Shown here in pieces: positions 17,077 to 25,454 of a stretch of DNA of 49,550 nucleotides; position 1 is the first letter of the stretch; every line of letters begins with the position of its first letter. Source of the DNA: Bacillota bacterium (lineage in GTDB: Bacteria; Bacillota; Limnochordia; DTU087); assembly GCA_036786445.1 (NCBI GenBank), contig DAIQRD010000001.1:1-49550 (forward strand). The letters run 5' to 3'. Under the pieces are notes generated by a model. The model searched no databases. It was not told where the DNA came from and saw nothing but the letters and a program-made list of their open reading frames with translations. The position numbers were made by a program, and so were the translations under genes.

Positions 17077-18783
17077 TCAAGACAGCATTCTCCCCTTGGC
17101 ATAGGTCCTGAACACTCTGGTGATCTCCACCTTCAGTTTCTGGCCCACGTGGCGACCCGCCCCCTCAATATCCACAACATAGCCATGCAACCTGGATATC
17201 CCATCTTCAGGATTGGTCAAGTGCGGCTCTTCCACCTCTACATCAATGATCTGACCCTGCTTCACTGGCACGGCCATGGCACCCAAGGCCTCTTTGCTAC
17301 CAGCAAAGACAATTTCCACATCTTCCCAATGCCGGTCATCAGAGCCCCGAACATAGATGGTCTTTCCCGTCATTTTTTCCAGCTGTCGCAAATTGGTGCC
17401 ACCAGCTCCAATGAGCATAGCAGCCACTGAAGGATGCACCTCAATCATCAAGGCTTCCACATCATGCTCCCGAGCCACCCGGGAGATCTCCCTTTCCACA
17501 TCAAAGGCAAGAGTTTCCTCGGAAAGCACCCGCCCAGTCCCATCACAATATGGGCAAGCGCGCTGCAGGAAATCTCCGATGTTCTGCCTCGTCTTTTTCC
17601 TAGTCATCTCTACCAAACCGAGGTTTGTGAATCCCAGCACATGGGTCTTATTCTTATCTTTTTTGATCTCTTGCTCCAGTGCAGCGAGGACTCTCTGCCG
17701 TTGCTCGGGGGTAACCATGTCGATGAAATCGATGATGATAATCCCGCCTATGTCTCGAAGGCGCAACTGCCTACCCACCTCTGCCGCTGCTTCTAGGTTA
17801 GTCTTCAGTACCGTATCTGCCAGATTCTTGCTGCCAATATACTTACCGGTATTAACATCAATACTGGTCAGAGCTTCTGTCTGATCAATGACCAAATATC
17901 CGCCATTGTCCAGCCACACTTTCCGCTTTAGGGCCCGTTTAAGATCGGCTTCCACACCGTAAAACTCGAAAATCGGGATATTTTCATCATGGTAGTAAAA
18001 AACCCGGGAGCGCAAATGGGGTGAGAGGGTGTCCAAAATCTCTAGAACTTTGGCATATTCATCCCGGGAGTCGACGATAAAGCGACTGAATTCCCTGGAA
18101 AAGCAATCCCGTACCAAGCGGTAAACTAGATCATGGTCTTTATAAAGCAACCCTGGAGCCTGGGTCCGTTTAGAACTGCGCTGGATCTGCTCCCATGCTT
18201 TGAGAAGAAATTGCACATCTTGCTCTAGTTCTTTCTCACACTGGCCTTCCGCCAGAGTGCGGACGATTAATCCCATACCCGGTGGTCGCAGAGACTTAGT
18301 GATCTTCTTCAGCCGATCCCGTTCTTTTTCATCTTGGATGCGTCGGGAAACCCCTATATGATCCACAGTAGGCATTAAGACCAAATATCGGCCAGGAATG
18401 GTCAGATTAGTGACTACTCTCGCACCTTTGGTCCCAATGGGCTCTTTACTCACCTGGACGATGATGGACTGCCCCTGTTTCAAAACATCCTTAATACCTC
18501 GCGATTTGCGCCTGCTCTTTCTTGGCTTGCTGTCACCATTTTCGGTCAATTTAGCATAGTCTCGAGCATCGTCAACATACAAAAACGCGTTACGTTCCAA
18601 ACCTATATTCACAAAAGCTGCCGACATACCAGGCAGTACATTTTCCACTCTGCCCCAATAAATGTTACCTACCACCCTTTGCTGGGCGGCTCTTTCAATA
18701 TATATCTCAGTTATTCGCCGATCTTCCAGGAAAGCTGCCCTGGTTTCCCGACGGCCGCAATTCACAATAATATCTTTGCCCAT
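17077..18783 (-). CDS. rng: Rne/Rng family ribonuclease (RNase G-like) with an extra C-terminal TRAM-like segment
   Basis: It has an S1 domain (VGNIYWGRVENVLPGMSAAFVNIG) and a catalytic core (LVIDQTEALTSIDVNTG...GGIIIIDFIDM). At 568 aa it is longer than the roughly 490-aa E. coli RNase G. Confidence 0.88.
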   Translation of the reverse strand: MGKDIIVNCGRRETRAAFLEDRRITEIYIERAAQQRVVGNIYWGRVENVLPGMSAAFVNIGLERNAFLYVDDARDYAKLTENGDSKPRKSRRKSRGIKDVLKQGQSIIVQVSKEPIGTKGARVVTNLTIPGRYLVLMPTVDHIGVSRRIQDEKERDRLKKITKSLRPPGMGLIVRTLAEGQCEKELEQDVQFLLKAWEQIQRSSKRTQAPGLLYKDHDLVYRLVRDCFSREFSRFIVDSRDEYAKVLEILDTLSPHLRSRVFYYHDENIPIFEFYGVEADLKRALKRKVWLDNGGYLVIDQTEALTSIDVNTGKYIGSKNLADTVLKTNLEAAAEVGRQLRLRDIGGIIIIDFIDMVTPEQRQRVLAALEQEIKKDKNKTHVLGFTNLGLVEMTRKKTRQNIGDFLQRACPYCDGTGRVLSEETLAFDVEREISRVAREHDVEALMIEVHPSVAAMLIGAGGTNLRQLEKMTGKTIYVRGSDDRHWEDVEIVFAGSKEALGAMAVPVKQGQIIDVEVEEPHLTNPEDGISRLHGYVVDIEGAGRHVGQKLKVEITRVFRTYAKGRMLS

Positions 18784-18793
18784 ATTGGTCCTC

Positions 18794-19471
18794 CTAACAA
18801 TGAGCCACTTCCAAGGGAGAGATCAAATCCGATCCCCGGGCAATAAAGAGGCCTGAACGGTGAATTCGCAAAGAACCTTGATCAAAGGGAAGATGTGTGG
18901 CCACTTCCTCTGGCCTAACATTACCGTGGTTGCCGGTTTGCGCTAGCAAAGATACGCCGCTTATTTCGAAATCTGTCGACAAAACGTCTAGGGCAAATAT
19001 CCACGGCCGAATGTCTAGTGTCCTGGTTCCTTTTTTGCCTGACCGCTCTACCCAAATCGCCTCACTATCCAAAATATTCTGGACTGCTGGTCCCAAATTT
19101 TCACTGTGCTCTAGATCCCCGGTCAATACATAACTGGCCCGATCGATAACCGACATCAAAGTGGGGACTTCCGGGCTAATCTCCACCGCAGCTGTAAACT
19201 CTATACCGGCAGGCACATGTGTATTGAGCACCTTGATAAAATCCTCAACTGGAATATCGCTGGTTAGCTCCATATCCACATATTCCGCACTGCTGGTCAC
19301 CCCCACAGCCAATGCCGACCCAAAAGCAATCTTGGCTCTGGGGTTAAAACCCAGGCTGTAGGCAATGGGGAGCTGTGCGCGACGCACCGCCCGCTCAATG
19401 GTGCGGGCCAAATCCAGATGGGAAATAAAACGCACTGGTTCTTCCTTAGTAAACTTGGACCTAATCTTCAC
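18794..19471 (-). CDS. Radical SAM-linked protein (DUF2344 / TIGR03936-like)
   Basis: 225 aa. The N-terminus KFTKEEPVRFISHLDLARTIERAVRRAQLPIAYSLGFNPRAKI is characteristic of DUF2344. It overlaps the upstream radical SAM gene by 11 nt. Confidence 0.75.
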   Translation of the reverse strand: MKIRSKFTKEEPVRFISHLDLARTIERAVRRAQLPIAYSLGFNPRAKIAFGSALAVGVTSSAEYVDMELTSDIPVEDFIKVLNTHVPAGIEFTAAVEISPEVPTLMSVIDRASYVLTGDLEHSENLGPAVQNILDSEAIWVERSGKKGTRTLDIRPWIFALDVLSTDFEISGVSLLAQTGNHGNVRPEEVATHLPFDQGSLRIHRSGLFIARGSDLISPLEVAHC

Positions 19472-21362
19472 TGTAACTGCCGCCCCCTACCCAAACATTC
19501 GAGACCCCTAGTTCTGGGCAAAGGCCACAGTCAGTGCAGCCTAAGCGGCAATCCGGCGTAAGCTGTCCTTGCTGAGCTCGAATCCATTCTTGCAGTAGAA
19601 ATGCTTTGCTCACACCGGTCTCAATATGATCCCAAGGTAAGATCTCCCCTGGATCCCGGAGACGCAGGCCGTAGAAATGGGGATCAATACCTGTGGCTGC
19701 AAATGCCTGACTCCACTGGTCATCACTGAAATGCTCTGACCAAGTGTCGAGCTTACAACCTCCCTGCCAAGCGGCTAGAATCACTTCGCCAATTCTCCGA
19801 TCTCCCCGAGCAATTACCGCTTCCAGGAGACTTCGTTCTACATCAGTCCAGCTAAAAGAGATGGACCGATCAGATAGCAGTTTCCGCAAATATCTTTGCC
19901 GTTCCAATAGTTCTGCTCTAGATGCCTGGGCTGTCCATTGGAAGGGAGTGTGACTCTTAGGCACAAAGGATCCCACACTCACACTGACTTTCACCCGGCC
20001 CACTTTACCTTCCCGCCCCCTAATCTGGCGGCCTAGGCGGAGCACCTTTTGGGTGAGCTCAGCAATACCGGCCACATCTTCTAGTGTTTCCGTCGGCAGT
20101 CCGATCATAAAATACAGCTTGATGGCATCCCACCCGGCTGCAAAAGCTGCCTCCGCTGCAGATAGAAGATCGGCTTCGGTCACATTCTTGTTGATTGCGT
20201 CTCGCAGTCTTTGCGTCCCCGCCTCTGGCGCAAAAGTAAGGCTAGTCCGGCGCTGTTTCTGAATCTGATCTGCCAACCCCACAGAGAAAGAATCAAGACG
20301 CAAGGAAGGCAGCGAAATGGCTATACCGCAATCACCATATTGCCCCATCAAATCCTGGATCAGATCCCTAATATCACCATAGTCACTGGTGGAAAGCGAT
20401 GCCAATGAGATCTCCTCATAGCCGGTGTTAGCCACGAGAGCCTCTGCCTGCTTAAGCAAAAGCTTGCGACTGCGCTCCCGGGCTGGCCGATAAATCATGC
20501 CAGCTTGGCAAAAGCGACACCCTCGGGTGCAGCCCCGCATAACTTCCAGCATAATCCTGTCATGAATGACCTCTACGTAGGGTACTACAAAGTCCTCCGG
20601 GTAAAAGGCTCCATTCAAATCTTGTACTACACGTTTTTTGACTCTAGCAGGTACCCCCGGTAGGGTAGGTGTAACCGCCTGCACGGTGCCATCATCTTTG
20701 TACGTGACTTCGTATAAGGCCGGCACATAGACTCCTGGGATGGTTGCCGCTTCCAGCAAGAACTCACTGCGGCTTCCCTTTTGCCCTTGCCAGTGGATAT
20801 AGCAATCAACGAGATCAACGATGGCCTCTTCCCCATCTCCGATGACGAAGAGATCAAAAAACGCAGCTAGTGGCTCCGGATTGAAGGCACAGGGTCCTCC
20901 GCCAACCACAAAAGGATGGGAGGCAGAGCGTTGGGCAGCCAGCAAAGGAATGCCACCAAGGTCCAACATATTCAAAATGTTAGTGTAGCTGAGCTCATAC
21001 TGCAGAGTGAAACCGACAAGGTCAAATTCGGATAGCCCGTGGCGAGTCTCGAGACTAAAGAGAGGCAATCCGTGTTCCCGCATTCTGTCTTCCATATCTA
21101 CCCAAGGAGCATAGACACGTTCTGCTAAGGTATCTTCTCGCCGATTAAGCAAACTGTAGAGAATTTTATAACCTAAGTGGCCCATCCCCACATCATAGAT
21201 GTCTGGAAAAGCCAAGGCAAACTTGACTGCAGTAGTCTCCCAATCCTTGCGGATAATATTCCATTCATTCCCTGTATAGCGACCAGGCTTGGCCACAGAG
21301 GGCAAGATCAGATCCAAGAGTTTCGCTTGGTCCATCAAAGCACTTCCTATCCTAATATCCAT
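19461..21362 (-). CDS. Radical SAM protein of uncharacterized function (TIGR03960-like, with an N-terminal B12-binding-like domain)
   Basis: 633 aa with the CX3CX2C cluster motif MRGCTRGCRFCQAG. The long N-terminal domain and C-terminal extension are typical of the family that pairs with DUF2344. Confidence 0.85.
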   Translation of the reverse strand: MDIRIGSALMDQAKLLDLILPSVAKPGRYTGNEWNIIRKDWETTAVKFALAFPDIYDVGMGHLGYKILYSLLNRREDTLAERVYAPWVDMEDRMREHGLPLFSLETRHGLSEFDLVGFTLQYELSYTNILNMLDLGGIPLLAAQRSASHPFVVGGGPCAFNPEPLAAFFDLFVIGDGEEAIVDLVDCYIHWQGQKGSRSEFLLEAATIPGVYVPALYEVTYKDDGTVQAVTPTLPGVPARVKKRVVQDLNGAFYPEDFVVPYVEVIHDRIMLEVMRGCTRGCRFCQAGMIYRPARERSRKLLLKQAEALVANTGYEEISLASLSTSDYGDIRDLIQDLMGQYGDCGIAISLPSLRLDSFSVGLADQIQKQRRTSLTFAPEAGTQRLRDAINKNVTEADLLSAAEAAFAAGWDAIKLYFMIGLPTETLEDVAGIAELTQKVLRLGRQIRGREGKVGRVKVSVSVGSFVPKSHTPFQWTAQASRAELLERQRYLRKLLSDRSISFSWTDVERSLLEAVIARGDRRIGEVILAAWQGGCKLDTWSEHFSDDQWSQAFAATGIDPHFYGLRLRDPGEILPWDHIETGVSKAFLLQEWIRAQQGQLTPDCRLGCTDCGLCPELGVSNVWVGGGSYSED

Positions 21363-21377
21363 GGAGCAACTTTCTGC

Positions 21378-22268
21378 CTAACCAATATTGTATCGATAGT
21401 GGATGATGGCTTGTAAGGGTGTGTCAATACCTTGTTCAAAAAAACTATTCACCACCTCCATTTCTGTAGCAAAGCCAGCAATATGGCCAGCATCATCCAT
21501 CACTAAAATGATGTGATATCTCTTAGGCACAAAATGGCCCACAATATCTCCCACCGACATATCGCCATGGGCTACCAGTTGCTCTGTGGGTAGAACGCCG
21601 TTTTCTTCTAATTCCTGCTTCTTTCTGGTCAAATATCGCATGAACACATATCCTGCCATGCGTTGTTCCCGTCCTGCACCGATGAAAACGAAAAATGCTA
21701 ACCCCAAAAGGGATATACTGGCATAACCGTAGTACAAACCCAACCCACCGACCAAGCCCATCAAGACAGCCAATGCTCTTCCTACCCGTGCTGCCCGCTC
21801 CGTGGCACGGCGATACCCCATTTGTAGAGCCCAATATCCCCTTAACTCCCGGCCGCCATCTAGGGGCAGAGCTGGGATCAGGTTGAATAGACCAATGACA
21901 CAATTGGCCCTCATGAAATGATTATACCATAGCTCAGGAATTACCCCATAAGGAGCCATAGCAATTGCCAGAAGACAAAGAAATCCGTTGGTCACAGGGC
22001 CTGCTAGAGCAATCATAGCCTCAGCGAAGGGGTCAGGGCTGTAGAATCCTTCGCTGCGTGCCACTCCACCGAAGGGAAGTAGCTCTATGGAAGTACAGGG
22101 CATACCATAGGCAAAAGCCACAATTGTATGGGCCAGTTCATGCACAAACACTATGCCAAAAAGAATAAGGCCATGGGGCAAATAGCCGACTATCCCCAAA
22201 AGCAGCATCAATAAAAGAAAAAACGGATTGAGTTCGATCCGTATGCCGCAAACTTGCGCCATCTGCAT
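21378..22268 (-). CDS. spoIVFB: M50 site-2 protease with a C-terminal CBS domain (SpoIVFB-like pro-sigma-K processing enzyme)
   Basis: It has the HExxH motif (FVHELAHTIV), the NxxPxxxxDG motif (FNLIPALPLDGG), several TM segments and a C-terminal CBS-like module. Its position between the min/rodA genes and rplU matches B. subtilis spoIVFB. Confidence 0.75.
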   Translation of the reverse strand: MQMAQVCGIRIELNPFFLLLMLLLGIVGYLPHGLILFGIVFVHELAHTIVAFAYGMPCTSIELLPFGGVARSEGFYSPDPFAEAMIALAGPVTNGFLCLLAIAMAPYGVIPELWYNHFMRANCVIGLFNLIPALPLDGGRELRGYWALQMGYRRATERAARVGRALAVLMGLVGGLGLYYGYASISLLGLAFFVFIGAGREQRMAGYVFMRYLTRKKQELEENGVLPTEQLVAHGDMSVGDIVGHFVPKRYHIILVMDDAGHIAGFATEMEVVNSFFEQGIDTPLQAIIHYRYNIG

Positions 22269-22381
22269 GCTGTCTAGCCACCGCCTATCCAGCCTTGGCC
22301 CGCCTAAGCAAAATGACCATTCTCCATGACTAATATATTAGCCATGGGGCAGCTGGTATTCCGGTGGCCGGTCCACCATAC

Positions 22382-23512
22382 TCAGTGAAACATGATCTTG
22401 CGACGCCGCATGTAAACGTTTAATAGCAAACCTATGCCTGCCATATTAGTCAGGAGCGAACTACCGCCATAGCTAATAAATGGCAAGGGAATGCCAGTCA
22501 CAGGCATCACTCCCAAAGTCATGCCAATGTTGATCACAAGGTGGAACAGAAACATGGAGACAACCCCAGCAGCAAGATTCGCGCCAAATTCGTCTTTGGC
22601 CAAAACCATGATCCTAAGTCCTCGCCAAAGCAACAGCACATATACAGTTAATAACCCAAAGGATCCCAAAAATCCCAGTTCTTCGCCGACGACAGAAAAG
22701 ATGAAATCAGTGTGGTGAGCAGGCAGGAAATCCAGTTGTGCCTGGGTTCCCTGAAACAGGCCTTTGCCAAAAAGGCCACCTGATCCTATGGCGATCATGG
22801 ACTGAATCACATTCCAGCCAGCACCAGTTCGATCTGCATAGGGATCGAGAAACACCAGAATGCGTCCCACTTGGTGAGGAGCCAAGATGGGAACAAGTCC
22901 CCGCATGCTCAGCCACGCCCCTACGCTGAACACGCCTAAACCACTCACTGCAATCCAAACCAAATGTCTGTGAGATGCTCCAGCCATAAACAACATACCC
23001 AAAAGCACTCCGGCAAATACCATTGCTGTACCGAAATCTGGCTGTTTCAGGATTAGCAGCATGGGAATCCCCACATGGAAGAAGGCAGAAACCAAGTCAT
23101 TTAGCTGATCTAGATGCTTCTTCCTCTCTAAGTGCTTAGCTAGACTGATGACGACACCGATTTTGGCAAATTCTGCCGGCTGAATTCTCGCTGGTCCGAT
23201 CATAAACCACCTCTGACCACCGGCAACGTTCCTACCGATTACTAGCACTGCGGCCAGAACGGCTAGTGTGCCCCAATACACCACTCTGTAGTATCGCCCG
23301 AGGATACTGTAATCAAACGAACACATACCCACCATAACCACTAAGCCAGCCAAAACCCAAGCCAGTTGCTTTTTGACGTAATAGTATGCATCGCCCTGAG
23401 CGGCGCCTATGCTGGTCGCACTGGCACTACACAAAACTACAAGCCCAAAGGTGAGCAGGATACCTACAAGTAAAAGCAGGGCGAAATCTATATCATGGGA
23501 CCACCTTCTCAA
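22382..23512 (-). CDS. rodA: SEDS peptidoglycan glycosyltransferase RodA (FtsW/RodA/SpoVE family)
   Basis: 376 aa and polytopic. It has QPAEFAKI, DFGTA, and GLPLPFISYGGSS motifs. It lies in the mre/min cluster next to mrdA. Confidence 0.88.
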   Translation of the reverse strand: MRRWSHDIDFALLLLVGILLTFGLVVLCSASATSIGAAQGDAYYYVKKQLAWVLAGLVVMVGMCSFDYSILGRYYRVVYWGTLAVLAAVLVIGRNVAGGQRWFMIGPARIQPAEFAKIGVVISLAKHLERKKHLDQLNDLVSAFFHVGIPMLLILKQPDFGTAMVFAGVLLGMLFMAGASHRHLVWIAVSGLGVFSVGAWLSMRGLVPILAPHQVGRILVFLDPYADRTGAGWNVIQSMIAIGSGGLFGKGLFQGTQAQLDFLPAHHTDFIFSVVGEELGFLGSFGLLTVYVLLLWRGLRIMVLAKDEFGANLAAGVVSMFLFHLVINIGMTLGVMPVTGIPLPFISYGGSSLLTNMAGIGLLLNVYMRRRKIMFH

Positions 23513-23536
23513 TCCATCGCCACCATCCCACGCCCC

Positions 23537-23815
23537 TTATCGGCCTTGATCTATTGCCCGTTTCATCCGCTTCACCGGAATATTGGCTATCAGAGCCACG
23601 GAGTTATCGGACTTATCTAGATTAACCTCAAAACCTGTTTCTTCAATCTCCATATATTTCGAGATGACCTCCAAAAGATCTTCTTTCAGGGCCTCCAGGA
23701 GACTTGGGGAAACATTGACTCGATCATGCACCAGCACCAGCCGCAGACGTTCTTTGGCAACCTGCTTCGATGAATCGGCGTCACGGTTCCAAAACTGTCT
23801 AAAAAAGTCTATCAC
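23537..23815 (-). CDS. minE: Cell division topological specificity factor MinE
   Basis: 92 aa with SKQVAKERLRLVLVHDR, typical of MinE. It follows minD. Confidence 0.9.
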   Translation of the reverse strand: MIDFFRQFWNRDADSSKQVAKERLRLVLVHDRVNVSPSLLEALKEDLLEVISKYMEIEETGFEVNLDKSDNSVALIANIPVKRMKRAIDQGR

Positions 23816-23830
23816 AACAGGTTCCCCCCT

Positions 23831-24628
23831 TTAACTATGGCCCATAATCGCCTTTTTGACCCGGGTAAGCCAGCTGTCCTCTTCCAGGGATAGGAATGGC
23901 ACATCAATGCCTTCCAGCCGACGGACTATATTATTGTATGCTTGTCCAGCTCGGCTCCTCCTATCCATTACCACCGGTTCTCCCCTGTTGGTGGAGACTA
24001 TAATATCCTCATCGTCTGGCACGACCCCTAAGAGATCTATAGCCAGAATCTCGATTATGTCATCTATCCCCATCATATCACCTTTCCTGACCATCTGAGG
24101 CCGGATACGGTTGATGATGAGGCGGGGATTGTATAGCTCTGCAGCCTCCAAAAGGCCTATGATGCGGTCTGCGTCCCTGACAGCAGCAATCTCAGGGGTC
24201 GTCACAATTATGGCTTCATCGGCACCGGCAATGGCGTTCTTAAAACCACTTTCTATACCAGCCGGGCAATCCACCAGAATATATTCGCATTCTTCCCGCA
24301 ATTCATCTGTAAGCATACGCATCTGATCCGGTGATATGGCGTCCTTTTCTTTGGTCTGTGCCGCGGGCAAAAGATAGAGATTATCTGTGCGCTTATCCTT
24401 AATCAAAGCTTGCCGTAGCCGACAATTGCCCTCCACCACATCAGTCAAATCATAGACGATTCTATTTTCCAACCCCAGCACTACATCGAGGTTGCGCAAA
24501 CCAATATCAGCATCAATCAAACATACTTTACGGCCTAAAAGCGCCAGACCTGCTCCAATATTGGCTGCAGTAGTGGTCTTGCCGACACCACCTTTGCCAC
24601 TGGTGACCACGATCACTTTTCCTGCCAT
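23831..24628 (-). CDS. minD: Septum site-determining ATPase MinD
   Basis: It has the deviant Walker A motif VVTSGKGGVGKTT. It is 265 aa and has a C-terminal amphipathic tail. Confidence 0.95.
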   Translation of the reverse strand: MAGKVIVVTSGKGGVGKTTTAANIGAGLALLGRKVCLIDADIGLRNLDVVLGLENRIVYDLTDVVEGNCRLRQALIKDKRTDNLYLLPAAQTKEKDAISPDQMRMLTDELREECEYILVDCPAGIESGFKNAIAGADEAIIVTTPEIAAVRDADRIIGLLEAAELYNPRLIINRIRPQMVRKGDMMGIDDIIEILAIDLLGVVPDDEDIIVSTNRGEPVVMDRRSRAGQAYNNIVRRLEGIDVPFLSLEEDSWLTRVKKAIMGHS

Positions 24629-24732
24629 CCCTCTACCTCCTTAATCCACATGACTCGGGCACAAATAATTAGTGGGCAATAGAAACACCTTGCCCTCCCT
24701 GGTCCGAGTCACACCCAACATAGACACGTCCA

Positions 24733-25356
24733 TCACGGACCGTAGCTATGAATTGTAATCAGATTATTGCGTATCTGTGCTATCTCCGGTCCTTGTGGCT
24801 CCGGCACATCCCCATGGTCTGGCGCTCGGGATATGAAATGGGCGATACGTAACTGAGTCGGCAATAGTTTCAGGGCCATGACAACTGCATCTTCCTCCCC
24901 CAATGCACCGGCATGGGCTATACCCCGCAATGTCCCCAAAACAATGATGTCACCGCCAGCTACTACCTCGGCCCCCGGATTCACATCTCCTAGCACCACT
25001 ACACTGCCGACATGATGAATCCTCTGCCCAGAGCGCAGTGTGCGCCGGACAATGATGGCATTATCCCTGTTAATCTCATGGGCTTCTCTAGTCTGTCGAT
25101 CAGTCGAGCTTTGCTCTATATCCTCTTTTAAGGCCATACCGAATTCTCCCATTAACTCATCTAGCCGCGCCTTTTCTTGAGGGCGGCACTCTCGTTCCGT
25201 GTGTTTGAGAACTATAGTGACACCTTGCCAGAAGTCCCTAGTCAAAGTCAATTTCTCCTGAAGTTGGTCCAAGATATCATTGAACTCTGCATGGGGATCT
25301 AGCCACAAAAATAGTCCCTCTTTAGTCCCCTTAAAGGTCACGTATTCACGTGCCAC
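24733..25356 (-). CDS. minC: Septum site-determining protein MinC
   Basis: The C-terminal beta-helix repeat reads LRSGQRIHHVGSVVVLGDVNPGAEVVAGGDIIVLGTLRGIAHAG. It lies upstream of minD. Confidence 0.9.
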   Translation of the reverse strand: MAREYVTFKGTKEGLFLWLDPHAEFNDILDQLQEKLTLTRDFWQGVTIVLKHTERECRPQEKARLDELMGEFGMALKEDIEQSSTDRQTREAHEINRDNAIIVRRTLRSGQRIHHVGSVVVLGDVNPGAEVVAGGDIIVLGTLRGIAHAGALGEEDAVVMALKLLPTQLRIAHFISRAPDHGDVPEPQGPEIAQIRNNLITIHSYGP

Positions 25357-25454
25357 GAACCGTTCACCACCAATTGGTCACCATACTTTGTAAGATTCGG
25401 CAAATTGTTTTTGATTCCTTCTGGGCAATTCCTTCGATAAACTCCAGAGTTCTA

